Positions 18,653 through 28,072 of a stretch of DNA of 64,000 nt are shown here, piece after piece. Position 1 is the first letter of the stretch, and each line of letters starts with the position of its first letter. A model generated the notes under the pieces. That model was not told where the DNA came from and did not search any database. It worked only from the letters and a program-made list of their open reading frames with translations. Where the stretch lies: IMG/VR virus record IMGVR_UViG_3300046459_000436, positions 1 to 64,000 of that record, one strand, 5' to 3'. Made by a program: the position numbers and the translations under genes. The stretch is from a virus.

Positions 18653-20201
18653 CGACACCTCCTGGCAGCGTGGCCAGCGCCTCCCGCAGCCGAGCCCTGT
18701 ACCGGGCATGCAGCGCCTCGACGGGCGGCTCCTTCTCCGGCTCAGCTGGCTCCTCGGATTGCCCTGGGGGCGCCTTGCCCGCGAACGCGGCGAGCTGGGG
18801 CGGCACGGGGGCGGGCTCGGGCTTCTCCACCGCGATCGGCTCGCCGTGCTCTGGCGCAGCTGGCTCCAGAGCGGTGCCGCGGAGTCTGTTGGCGATGAAC
18901 GCCTTGGATGCGGCATCCATGTCGGCCCACTTCACCAGGTTGGTGCGGTCGATCAGGACCGGCTGGTCGCCGCCGTCGACAGGGGGTTCGCCGATGTCGG
19001 CTCGGGCCCGGTTGAGGGTCCATTCACCGTTGCGGATCCGCATGTCACGGATGTCCTCAACGGTCTTGGAGTCACGCATGTCGACATCACGGAACTTGAG
19101 CTTCCAGCCTTCGACGCCGAAGCCGTTCTTCGCGAGGTGGAAGTTCAGGGCCTCCAGCACCAGTTCGGCCAACGGCTGGCATGTGTTGACCATGAACGTG
19201 CGGTCCTGCGCCTCGCCGGTGCCGCCGCCGAGGTTCCCGGACTCGATGATGCCGACCTTGGATGGCGGAACCCCGTAGGCGGCGATGATCTCGTCGCGCT
19301 TCTGGTTGAGGAACTGCAGGTAGTCCATGGTGCGGGACTGCGACAGTTCGTTGACGCCGGCGCCGCCCTTGGTGTTGATCGGGTTGCCGATGTTGCGCGG
19401 GCCGATGTTGCGCTGCTGGTACTGGGCGTTCCACCGGTTGATGTCCGACGGGGAGGCGCCCGCCGGGTGGTCCACATGGAGGACCGGGGGGCAGCCCTTC
19501 CGGAAGATCTCCTTCGAGGTTGCTGCCGAGAACAGCCAGGACACGATCGGCAGCATCGCCGCCTGCGTCGGGCTGACACCGAACACCCCGGACCGCGGCG
19601 AATCCAGCGAAATGTGGATGACGTCGCGCGGCTCGAACGTCGCCCGCTGGCCGAGTTCGGTGACCTGCACGTAGCTGGTGATCGTGCCATGTTCGTCGGC
19701 GATCGGCAGCATGCTCGGGCAGTCCAGCGAGTACAGGGCGACCGGCTGCTGGCCGAGCCAGACGACCTCGATGAACGCGTCACCGAACACGAGCAGGTCG
19801 GTGATGACGCCGCGGAGGATCTGCCGGACATTCTCCCGCGGGTTGCAGTAGGCCAGCATCCGCTCCAGCAGGAGCACCTGCTGTGGCTTGTCCGGCTGCT
19901 CCTCGTCGCCCTCACCGTTGTCGTTGTCCCAGTCGGTGACGAGGCCGCCCGCAGTGATGGTGCGCGCGATGGCGTTCACGGATGCCCACGACCAGGGACA
20001 GGCGAGGTACGCCTCGTAGAGCTGGTTCAGCATCGATCGGCGGTCGGACTGGGTGGCTGCGCCGATGCCCTGATTGGACTCGGTCAGGCCACCCGGGCTG
20101 ATGCCGTACTCGAAGCCCGAACGCTCCGGGAGCTTCGCCGGGGCCGTCTCCAGCACCTCGGTCTCCGACCGCAGACTGTTCCACCAGGTGCGCAGACTCA
20201 C
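18636..20201 (-). CDS. Portal protein
   Basis: LLVFGDAFIE, VIHI..GVSP, IIAAYGVPP, TLNRAR motifs; follows TerL. Confidence 0.95.
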   Translation of the reverse strand: MSLRTWWNSLRSETEVLETAPAKLPERSGFEYGISPGGLTESNQGIGAATQSDRRSMLNQLYEAYLACPWSWASVNAIARTITAGGLVTDWDNDNGEGDEEQPDKPQQVLLLERMLAYCNPRENVRQILRGVITDLLVFGDAFIEVVWLGQQPVALYSLDCPSMLPIADEHGTITSYVQVTELGQRATFEPRDVIHISLDSPRSGVFGVSPTQAAMLPIVSWLFSAATSKEIFRKGCPPVLHVDHPAGASPSDINRWNAQYQQRNIGPRNIGNPINTKGGAGVNELSQSRTMDYLQFLNQKRDEIIAAYGVPPSKVGIIESGNLGGGTGEAQDRTFMVNTCQPLAELVLEALNFHLAKNGFGVEGWKLKFRDVDMRDSKTVEDIRDMRIRNGEWTLNRARADIGEPPVDGGDQPVLIDRTNLVKWADMDAASKAFIANRLRGTALEPAAPEHGEPIAVEKPEPAPVPPQLAAFAGKAPPGQSEEPAEPEKEPPVEALHARYRARLREALATLPGGVDERAA

Positions 20202-21711
20202 GGGACGTTCACCGTCCCCCCAGCGCGCGGCGCCTCATCGTCATCGAACCACCAGGCGTCGTCGCTCGGCGCAGACTCGGACGGGCGCACGGCCATCGTC
20301 GGCCCGAGCGGCTTCAGAACCTCCGTGGTGGCGACCGGGGCTGCGTCGTCGAGGATGACGAACTCTGGGCCGGAGCCAAGGTTGGACAGGAGGTACCTGA
20401 CCGCGTCGGCCAAGTGGTCATCTGCGGTGGTGTCGGCGTCTTCCGGGTCACCCTTGGTGGCGTGCGGCAGATCCGACAGTTCCCGGTAGAGATCGGGGCA
20501 CGTCGTGAAGATGTGCATTTTCGGGCAGGTGTCCCAGCCCTGCGCCCGGTGATGCGGGCAGGCCGGCGCCTCGGCAAGGTAGGAACGCACCCGCTGCCAG
20601 CCGATGACGCGGGAGCCCGCTCCCTTGCCGGCCTGGGCCAGGTGCACTCCGTTGTCGGCGTACACCGCGGCAATGGGCTTCGCATCGCCGCGGGTGGCCC
20701 ACATCGCGTCATCGGCGTACCGCACGGCGATGTGTTCGCCGTGCGCTTCGGCCGCGAGGATGCTCTGGGCCTGCTCCGCTTCGCCGACTCCGCGCCGGTA
20801 GATCTCGCGGTAGACCCAGACGCGACCGTCTTCGTCGACGGCAGCCCATAGGACTGCCCAGGGGGCTGCGAAGCCCCAGTCGATGCCGTTGTATCGCTTC
20901 CACGTCGCGGGCAGTGCGATCGGCTCGATGACGTGCCGGTCGCGCTTGAGTTGGAACATCTGGCCTTGGAACACGTCCCAGTCCCCGTCCAGGAATGCGG
21001 CCCGCAACTTTTCGGGCAGCGCCTTGAGGTCGGCGGCGTATTCAGGGTTGACGTGGGGGTTGTCGGACAGCTTCGACGGGATGAAGCGCACCGTGCGCCC
21101 GCGCTCATCGACGATGACCTTGCTGCCGTAGCCAGTGGGCTTGATGTAGCGGGTCTTCACCGCGCCGTGGCCCGGGCCGCCCGGGTTGGTGCCGGAGCGG
21201 ATGCCGAGAACGGGGATGTCGCGGCGTCCGGACCGCAGCCGGGATTCGAGGAAGCTGCACACGTCGGGTGGGGTGAGGGTCCGCTCGTCGAAGATAAGCA
21301 GCTGGTACTGGCCGCCCTGCCTGCGGGTGGCGTCCTGGACGGTCTCGGCGTACCGAAACATGATCAGGCTGCCGTTGGGGAACCGGAGCTCGTACTCGGT
21401 GCCGTTCCAGCGGGCCCCGAGGTCTTTGGCGAAGTTGAGGTTCACCAGTTCGGCGATCAGTGACTCTTTGAGTTCGCCGTAGGTGCGGCGGAAAGCCCCG
21501 ACGCGCAGCCCCGGGTAGCGGACGCATTCCCGGATGGCGTGCGCTGTCAGGGCCCGGCTTTTCCCCCGCCCGCAGCGCCGCCGAACAGGACGTCGAACTC
21601 TTCTGCACTGTGGAAGGTCAGCTGCTTCGGGGTGGGGGTGTAGCCGAGGGCGCCGAAGACGTCCTGTGGGGGTGCTTCCAGCATCTGGGCGGCGAGGATG
21701 AGGGCGTCCAC
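20198..21711 (-). CDS. terL: Terminase large subunit, split by a -1 frame change at 21559-21565
   Basis: 0-frame from GTG 21711 gives ...PKQ..FH..FDVLFGGAAGGGK then stops; -1 frame continues SRALT...LIFDE, GTNPGG, GIDWG, DDHLADAVRY. Confidence 0.9.
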
Positions 21712-21728
21712 GACTCACCCCTTCCTGA

Positions 21729-22442
21729 TCAGACGGCGCGGAGGTGGCGGGCGGCGACTTGCTTGGCCGCGGCAGCAGATTCGCCGGTCACGCCAGCCGC
21801 GATGAGTGCCGCGTCGATGGCCCGCAACACGGTCTCGGCCTGCTTCTCGGTGATTGCCGCAAGCCTCTCGTCGATGTTGAGGCGGGCGATGTTGGCGAGC
21901 AGCGTTCCGGCCTGGTTGACGGCCCTTTCGTACAGGGCGACTTCGGCGCGGAGTTGCTCGCCGGCGCCGCCCTTGTAGCGGATCTCTTCGAGTTCGTTGA
22001 CCTTGGCGCCGAGCGCGTTCTTGAACGCGAGCACTTCGCCGGCCAGCTCGCTGAGTGCGGTGAGCGGGTTGTCGACGGGGCTGGCGCCGATCTGGACGAG
22101 CAGCTTGTTGGCTTCCTTCATCAGCTTCACCTCCGCGATCCGCTTCCCCGCCGCTTTGAGGGCGTTGGGTGCTTTGCCGCCGTGCGCCTTGCAGACGTCC
22201 TGGCCCCTCATGGCCCAGTCGGTGCAGCGCTGTCCGGCGTTGTGGCCGTTCTTGGTGGTGCCGGTGCAGCGGCGTTCGTCGGGTGCTTTGCCGATGAGGC
22301 CTTGGCCGCTGTGGCGGTGGCAGACGTCGTAGCCGGGGAGCGTCCAGAGTTGGCAGCGTCCGCGGGGGTCGCCGCTGGGGTAGAGGCGGATGGTGACGCA
22401 TTGCCGGTCTGGGGGTGGCTTGCGGGGGCCGGGGTGTGCCAT
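21729..22442 (-). CDS. terS: Probable terminase small subunit with two HGG-type Zn knuckles
   Basis: Directly upstream of terL; C..C..C..H repeats (CHRHSG, CKAHGG) plus coiled coil. Confidence 0.7.
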   Translation of the reverse strand: MAHPGPRKPPPDRQCVTIRLYPSGDPRGRCQLWTLPGYDVCHRHSGQGLIGKAPDERRCTGTTKNGHNAGQRCTDWAMRGQDVCKAHGGKAPNALKAAGKRIAEVKLMKEANKLLVQIGASPVDNPLTALSELAGEVLAFKNALGAKVNELEEIRYKGGAGEQLRAEVALYERAVNQAGTLLANIARLNIDERLAAITEKQAETVLRAIDAALIAAGVTGESAAAAKQVAARHLRAV

Positions 22443-22867
22443 TAGCTGCTGCCGGTAGTCCAGTGCTCGGGCAGCAGTGTCGGCGCGGGTTCGTCGACCG
22501 GCTCGGGCTCGGGCAGCGGCTCGGGGGTGCAGTCGCAGCCGGGCAGGTCCGCCTCGCTGGGCGCGGTGCAGCTGCTGGCATGGACGAGTGCGGCGGCGTC
22601 CATGTCGATGGCGTGCGGTCCGCAGGCGAAGACGGGGGTGGTGCACTCGTCGGCCTGCGGGAGCGGCCCGAACTCGGGGGCCGGGAGCTGAGGGTCGGCG
22701 AGGAGGAGCCGCTCGTCGCGCTTCTCCTGTTCGAGGGTGATGTGCGCGGCGAGTTCGGCGGCGGTGAGGCGCCGCCGCCACTGCACGATCGCCCGGTCGG
22801 GGCAGGCCGTACACCGCGGGCCTGCGGGCGCCGGAGCGGCCGGGGTGGTGTCGGCAGGGCTGGTCAC
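22442..22867 (-). CDS. Cys-rich hypothetical protein
   Basis: 141 aa, CTAC, CGPH, CDC; GGAGG RBS. Confidence 0.65.
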   Translation of the reverse strand: MTSPADTTPAAPAPAGPRCTACPDRAIVQWRRRLTAAELAAHITLEQEKRDERLLLADPQLPAPEFGPLPQADECTTPVFACGPHAIDMDAAALVHASSCTAPSEADLPGCDCTPEPLPEPEPVDEPAPTLLPEHWTTGSS

Positions 22868-22877
22868 AGTGGCCTCC

Positions 22878-24290
22878 TCAGGCGGGTTCTGGGCCGATGT
22901 TTTCGAGGCGCATCCGGAACGGGTACGCGGTGTGGGCGTAGACGACTCCGGAGCCGGTGCCCTGATGCGCGAGCGCGACCGTGATGCTGCCCGCGTTGAT
23001 GTGACCGGCGCCGATGGTGAACATCTCAACCATCTCCTCGTACCCGAAGCTCAGCGAGGGGTACAGGTCCGGGTCACCCTCAGGGAGCGGGCTGCTGGTG
23101 AAAGTGCCCGCATAGATGGCGATCGCGCCCGCGTTGTCGAGGAGGGCCCAGTCGAGGAAGTGGCTGCCGGCGCGCATGAACCCGCCGTGGACCTTGATGC
23201 GGTCGCCCACGGCCGCCGCAATCGAGCACTGGAGCTTCGTCGTCGCGGACGTCTGCACGATCGTCCACGACGCGGCCGACGGCAGGCCACCCAGGTTGTC
23301 GTCGGTGATGCGAATGCTGGCCGTGCGGGTCGATGAGCCGCCGCTACCAGCCGGGAGCACTACCCCGATCGTCCCGGATGCCGACCGGACCTTGAGGACG
23401 CCACCCTCGACGTACAGCACTGCACCGGAGGCCGGGTTGCTGTCGGGGATAGTGACTGCATTGGGCAGGTGCAGCACCCCAACGCCGTCGCCGAAGTCGA
23501 CACCGCCGTCCAGCAGCGCAACATTTGGCCCGCTCACCCCGGGCTGCACGCGCAGCACGGGCACACCGTTGGCCGAGTCGACGAGGTACAGGTCTTGTGA
23601 CCCCGGACCCATCTGCCAGGCCCAGCGGTCCACGCCCGCCGTGCGCAGTCCGTAGGCGGCGTAGTTGGTGGTGGCACCGCGGTCCACGGCGTTGATGGCG
23701 GTGCCGGTGGAGTCGACGATGAGGTTGCCGTCGGCGATGGTGACGGTGCCATCGACGGTGCCGCCGCCATCAAGGGCGAGGTACTTCGCGGCGGCGTCAG
23801 CTTCGGCAGCCGCTGTTGCGGCATCGGCCTTCGTCGTGGCATCCGTGGCCGCCGCGCCGATCGCCGCCGCCTGGGCCGCGTTGGCCTTGGTGGTCGCATC
23901 GGTTGCCGCTGCGGCCTGGGCGGCTGCTGCTGCTCCGATCGTGTCGAAGTCGCCGACCGCATGGGTGGCCGCCGTGCCGAGACCGAGGTTGTTGCGGGAG
24001 GTAGTGGCGTTCTGTACGTCGGACAGATTGTTCTCGGCGAGCAGCGCCCCGACCGTGCCGGCGCCGCCGAAGGTGATGCCGCTGCCTGGCCATGCTCCGG
24101 CCACCTTGGGTCCGTACAGGACTGCAGAGGTGGGGTAGTTGGTGGTGTCCACGTAGTAGTCGCCGTCGATGCCCGTACCGCTGGACGGTGCGCCGACGCC
24201 GTTGAGAACGGCGTTGCCGCGCGGGCCTTGTGCGCCGGTTGGGGAGACGATGACGGTGGGTGGGGCGGTGACGGTGACGGGCACGGTCAC
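22878..24290 (-). CDS. Fibre-like virion protein
   Basis: GAQGPRG collagen-like start, NNLSD..RNNLGLG, Ala-rich coiled coil, beta-rich C-terminus. Confidence 0.75.
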   Translation of the reverse strand: MTVPVTVTAPPTVIVSPTGAQGPRGNAVLNGVGAPSSGTGIDGDYYVDTTNYPTSAVLYGPKVAGAWPGSGITFGGAGTVGALLAENNLSDVQNATTSRNNLGLGTAATHAVGDFDTIGAAAAAQAAAATDATTKANAAQAAAIGAAATDATTKADAATAAAEADAAAKYLALDGGGTVDGTVTIADGNLIVDSTGTAINAVDRGATTNYAAYGLRTAGVDRWAWQMGPGSQDLYLVDSANGVPVLRVQPGVSGPNVALLDGGVDFGDGVGVLHLPNAVTIPDSNPASGAVLYVEGGVLKVRSASGTIGVVLPAGSGGSSTRTASIRITDDNLGGLPSAASWTIVQTSATTKLQCSIAAAVGDRIKVHGGFMRAGSHFLDWALLDNAGAIAIYAGTFTSSPLPEGDPDLYPSLSFGYEEMVEMFTIGAGHINAGSITVALAHQGTGSGVVYAHTAYPFRMRLENIGPEPA

Positions 24291-24293
24291 CTC

Positions 24294-24665
24294 CTACTGT
24301 GCGGCGACGAGGGAGCTGTTGAAGGTGCCCTCGACCCAGCAGGTTGCCGTGGTGAGACCGGGATTGGCCCACAGCGCGTGCGGGCGGGCACCCTTGCCGA
24401 GGAGCGTGGTGGCCGCCGGGGTCAGAGTCACGGTCACGGTGGCGGTGGGGATGTCCACGGCGATCTGACCCTGTGCGGTCGCGGTGGTGGTGACCTTGAC
24501 GAGCGGGGGCACGGTGGCGTCGGTGACGTTCGACCGGATGACGAACTCCCACGTCATCCCCGTCAGGTTCACGAGGGTGCCGTCACCGTTCTTGAGGGTG
24601 AACGACTGCACCCACTGCGATCCGGCGGCCGTAAAGGTGTTCCACTGCATCGGTAGCGCGGCCAC
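24294..24665 (-). CDS. Ig-like fibre adaptor / baseplate-type protein
   Basis: VNLTGMTWEFVIR, VTLTPAAT motifs; adjacent to fibre gene. Confidence 0.65.
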   Translation of the reverse strand: MAALPMQWNTFTAAGSQWVQSFTLKNGDGTLVNLTGMTWEFVIRSNVTDATVPPLVKVTTTATAQGQIAVDIPTATVTVTLTPAATTLLGKGARPHALWANPGLTTATCWVEGTFNSSLVAAQ

Positions 24666-24677
24666 GATCCACCGCCC

Positions 24678-24839
24678 TTAGCTGAGGTGCTGTCCGGCGT
24701 GAATCACGAACGGGATCCCGAAGGCGACGAGCCCGGCGGCGACCATCCGTACCCGGTCGAGGGCCGGTGTCGCATTGGGGGCGATCGCGGCGAGGCCCCA
24801 GATGACGACGGCGATCAGGTAGCAGATCAGGTCAAGCAC
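24678..24839 (-). CDS. Small two-TM membrane protein
   Basis: 53 aa, two hydrophobic segments, GGAGG RBS. Confidence 0.6.
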   Translation of the reverse strand: MLDLICYLIAVVIWGLAAIAPNATPALDRVRMVAAGLVAFGIPFVIHAGQHLS

Positions 24840-24849
24840 GGTGGCCTCC

Positions 24850-25164
24850 TCAGCTCTTAGCGCGGCGCAGGTATGCGGACCCCGGCGAACCGTGAATGCC
24901 GAGGCTCCGCAGTTCTCGCTGCACGACGTCACGGAGGTCACGTTCGTTGAGGACGCCGCCGTGGACGTGGATGGTGATCGCGGTCGGCGGGCCGTCCGAC
25001 TCGGTAGCGGTCTGCTCGTGCGCCGCGTCGATGTGCTCGCGGATCCCGTCCGCGATCGCCCCGCAGGGGATGCGCAGGTTGCGTTCGTCGCCGCCGTCGA
25101 TGAGGACGCTCAGCGGGCAGTCGCAGACGGGGCACAGGACTCGGATCGCGCGAATGTCGGGCAC
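24850..25164 (-). CDS. Zn-ribbon protein with TMP-like C-terminus
   Basis: CPVC..C..H; C-terminal 30 aa are 15/30 identical to the TMP C-terminus. Confidence 0.7.
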   Translation of the reverse strand: MPDIRAIRVLCPVCDCPLSVLIDGGDERNLRIPCGAIADGIREHIDAAHEQTATESDGPPTAITIHVHGGVLNERDLRDVVQRELRSLGIHGSPGSAYLRRAKS

Positions 25165-25167
25165 GGG

Positions 25168-25392
25168 CTACGCCTCCTGCTCGGCGTGCGCCGTGACGAA
25201 TGCGACCGCATCCGCTTCGATATCGAGGATCGCGGCGGGGACGGTGAGCCGGGCCTCGGCCTGCCCGTTCACGTCGAGGACGAGTTCCACGCGGGACACG
25301 AAGGTCAGCGGCTCGCCGTCGAGTTCGATGGTTGCCGTGGTGGGGTCGCCGTCGCAGCGGACGACGAGGCGGTGGCGTTCGGGTTGGGGCAT
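25168..25392 (-). CDS. Hypothetical protein (74 aa)
   Basis: GGAG RBS, beta-rich. Confidence 0.6.
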   Translation of the reverse strand: MPQPERHRLVVRCDGDPTTATIELDGEPLTFVSRVELVLDVNGQAEARLTVPAAILDIEADAVAFVTAHAEQEA

Positions 25393-25624
25393 GCAGGTCT
25401 CCAGGGTGTGCGGTAGCCCCGGCGCCTGGAACGCCGGGGCCGCCTACCCGGCCGCGATCAACGGCGGGCGATGGGGGGTGTTGGGGCCCGCTGCCCGGCG
25501 GGCTCGGTGAAGTACCGGGCAGCGGGGTTCCGGCACGCTCGGGGGGGGGCGTTGAGCGCCGGTTGTGTCCTCGCGGCCGGGAGCGACCCGCAAGCGCTCA
25601 ACCGGACCGCGAGGAGCGTGGGGG

Positions 25625-25867
25625 TTACGCGGCCTGTAAGGCGACGCGACGGGCGTGCGGACCGGTGGCCGCCTGCTGCCGCTCTTCGGCGATCGCTTCT
25701 ATCTCCGGCCTGGCGTACATGGTGCCGTCACAGCGGCGTTGCCCCGGGAACCTGTGGATCTTCCCGCGAGTGGCCCACTGTCGGACCGCCGCCTCAGAGA
25801 CGCCAGCAATCTCGGCGGCCTCGCTGGCAGAGATGAGGTCCTCGGGATCAAGATGCCAGATATCCAT
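25625..25867 (-). CDS. HTH (MerR-like) protein, probable late regulator
   Basis: ISASEAAEIAGVSEAAVRQWATRGKI. Confidence 0.8.
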   Translation of the reverse strand: MDIWHLDPEDLISASEAAEIAGVSEAAVRQWATRGKIHRFPGQRRCDGTMYARPEIEAIAEERQQAATGPHARRVALQAA

Positions 25868-25996
25868 GGCACCCCCTACATGGCAGAACCCCCGCCGCTG
25901 TGCGACAGGGGTTCAAAGGCATAGATGTTGCGCTGGTGCCGATTGTGACATCCGGGGTAGATCTTTGTCTAGCGGGTCTGTCAAGGGGTGCGCCGG

Positions 25997-26695
25997 TCAA
26001 GCTGCGACCGATTCTCCAGGGGTGCCGTGGAGGGCATCGCGGAGCTTCTCCCACGCTTCACGGTCGGGCCATTCGGTGCCGCAGCCCTGACACTTGATGG
26101 CCTCCTTCCGGGTGGACGCGGTGAGTTGGCGTTTGCACGGGCCGTCAACGGTGAGGACCGGGCAGGCGCCAATGCGGATGGGCCCGATCCTCCGATCCGG
26201 CGACAGAGCAGCCGTGCACTCGGAGTGCAGCCGCCGGATCTCCTCCACGTCCTGCCCGACCTCCGCGTACCGTTCGCACGCCCACCCGAGGTTGTTGGTC
26301 AGGAACTCGATCTGCTTGGGCAGGGATTGGCCGGCGTTGCCGCGCCACGGTGTGACCGTCCAGCCGAGGGTCTGCCGCCACGCGTCCTCAATTACCTGCA
26401 GACGGGTGGCGACTCCTCCAGCCGCGGCGAGGTTGAGGACTTCGGCGTTGGCGGGGATCGGCGGCACGCGCGACCCGGTGGGCATCCCGGTTCCACGCCG
26501 GGAGCCCCGGACGAGCGCGGCGGTCGTGTTGACGCGGGCGAAGAGGGCGGGGAGTTCGGCGAGCCGCTTCCCGGTGCGGTCCTGACAGGGACGGCACGCC
26601 CAGCGGTCGGTCTCGTCGGCCCACAGGTCTTTGCTGCAGGCCACGCAGCGCGGCCACACGTAGCTGGAGTCTTCGGCGGTAGCAAGGTCGTGCAC
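25997..26695 (-). CDS. Zn-finger protein typical of the actinophage early/late boundary
   Basis: CVAC, CRPC, C..C, CQGC..W motifs. Confidence 0.7.
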   Translation of the reverse strand: MHDLATAEDSSYVWPRCVACSKDLWADETDRWACRPCQDRTGKRLAELPALFARVNTTAALVRGSRRGTGMPTGSRVPPIPANAEVLNLAAAGGVATRLQVIEDAWRQTLGWTVTPWRGNAGQSLPKQIEFLTNNLGWACERYAEVGQDVEEIRRLHSECTAALSPDRRIGPIRIGACPVLTVDGPCKRQLTASTRKEAIKCQGCGTEWPDREAWEKLRDALHGTPGESVAA

Positions 26696-26725
26696 GGCGG
26701 GTCTCCTTGCGGTGGTGCGGGCAGT

Positions 26726-27064
26726 TCAATGGCTGATGTAGATGGTCGCCTTGGTGTGGGCGGCGCAGGCATCACGGAGGCGACGCAGATAGTCGAGGGC
26801 GCCGTCGTAGTTGCCCCAGCCATTGGTGGGGTTCATGGCCTCGTACTTGGCGGGGTTGGCTTCCATATCCGCAACGGCGCGGCTGAGGTCGCCGATGCAG
26901 TCGCCAGCCGTCTTGTCCTTCAACTCGGCAAGTCGGTAGCCGAGGGCTTCGGTCCACATGCTGGAGACGTTGGCGGTGTAGTTGCCGATGTCGGCGGGGC
27001 AGAACTCGTGGGGCTCGGGGCCGCCCGTGTCGACTGTGACGTAGAGGGCGATGTCGTAGCTCAC
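26726..27064 (-). CDS. Conserved phage hypothetical protein (112 aa)
   Basis: MSYDI..NYTANVSSMW..NPTNGWGNYD; GAGGAG RBS. Confidence 0.75.
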   Translation of the reverse strand: MSYDIALYVTVDTGGPEPHEFCPADIGNYTANVSSMWTEALGYRLAELKDKTAGDCIGDLSRAVADMEANPAKYEAMNPTNGWGNYDGALDYLRRLRDACAAHTKATIYISH

Positions 27065-27132
27065 GGGCGGTGCTCCTCGGGTGCGGGCGGTACGAGGTGC
27101 TCAGTCTCTGACTGTAATCATGCACACAGCGC

Positions 27133-27381
27133 GTGACATCCAGGCCAATGGCTGCGCAGATTGCACAATCTCCCCACCGTGCGCCGGTTCCCCCCGCCAC
27201 ACTCGACCTCATGGCGGTCGCGTTGTGGGCGTTGGGTGATGACGAGGCGGAGCTGGCCGAGTGGCTGGCTGCTCACGGCATGCTGCCGGTGGGGCAGCCG
27301 GTGCACGGGATCACGGCACGGGCCCGGCTGATGCAACGCTGCGAGCCACGGGGCGGCGTACCCGAGCCCACCGACGGCTGA
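27133..27381 (+). CDS. Possible small plus-strand protein (start uncertain)
   Basis: ORF ends exactly at a strong hairpin; lower-GC promoter-like zone upstream. Confidence 0.4.
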   Translation: MTSRPMAAQIAQSPHRAPVPPATLDLMAVALWALGDDEAELAEWLAAHGMLPVGQPVHGITARARLMQRCEPRGGVPEPTDG

Positions 27382-27406
27382 GGCCCCCGCTTTCGGCGGG
27401 GGCCTC
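27380..27406. terminator. Bidirectional terminator closing the transfer module
   Basis: Perfect 11-bp stem GAGGCCCCCGC/GCGGGGGCCTC between convergent genes. Confidence 0.75.
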
Positions 27407-27435
27407 GATGTGGCGGGGCGGGCTCGGGGTGGGGC

Positions 27436-27633
27436 TCAGATGCGGGTGAGTCCGATGACGCTGGGAGCCCAGCCGCTCCACTCGCGCCACTCGGCGGGGT
27501 TGTTCAGGTCGGTCTCGGCGACGAGCATCGGCCCGCGCTCCTCGGTGAAGATCAGCGCGTAGATGTCACCCAGTCGATCACGGAAGCGGACGAGGATTTC
27601 GGGGGCCTCGGATTCGGCGCTCACGGCGGTCAC
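27436..27633 (-). CDS. Hypothetical protein (65 aa)
   Basis: GTGA-coupled operon gene. Confidence 0.6.
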   Translation of the reverse strand: MTAVSAESEAPEILVRFRDRLGDIYALIFTEERGPMLVAETDLNNPAEWREWSGWAPSVIGLTRI

Positions 27634-27839
27634 CTTCCGATCGCGTTACCGGGGGCCATGCGGATGCGCCCGTCGGGTTCGTCGAGGACCAGCCAGTCGT
27701 GGTGCGGCTGGCAGTGGAACAGGCCGCGGACCTTGGGTTCGCCGCAGTACGAGGCGCGGGAGTCCCAGCCCGATTCGCTGATCTGGTAGCCGCACGTCTG
27801 GCTGCTGCGCGGCGGCTCGCGGTCGAGGGTCTTCGCCAC
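27630..27839 (-). CDS. Cys/His-containing hypothetical protein (69 aa)
   Basis: VAKTLDRE..C..C..C..H. Confidence 0.55.
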   Translation of the reverse strand: MAKTLDREPPRSSQTCGYQISESGWDSRASYCGEPKVRGLFHCQPHHDWLVLDEPDGRIRMAPGNAIGR

Positions 27840-27841
27840 GG

Positions 27842-28063
27842 TCAGATGCCCTTGCGGAGGTGCTTGAGGTGCTTGGGCAGCTTCTTCCCGGCGTCGCGGA
27901 CGGCCTCCTGGAGGCGGTCGTCTTCCTCGTTCTCGATGAGGATCCCGGCCCGGGACTGCTTGGCGGTGTTGTCGTACAGGTCGGCCTGCGCGCGACGGAA
28001 GTCGGCGAGGGCCTCGTTGTGGTCGGCGTATTCCGCGAGTTCGTCGCGGGTGGGCTTGGACAT
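27842..28063 (-). CDS. Hypothetical protein (73 aa)
   Basis: AGGAG RBS. Confidence 0.65.
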   Translation of the reverse strand: MSKPTRDELAEYADHNEALADFRRAQADLYDNTAKQSRAGILIENEEDDRLQEAVRDAGKKLPKHLKHLRKGI

Positions 28064-28072
28064 GGTGGTCTC

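Noticed and set aside
21566-21718. Arg/Pro-rich N-terminus given for TerL in the ORF track
   Set aside because: Wrong frame; the real N-terminus with the adenine-binding Q and Walker A is in the adjacent frame
25541-25549. G9 homopolymer as a phase-variation tract
   Set aside because: Intergenic, with no clear promoter-spacing role
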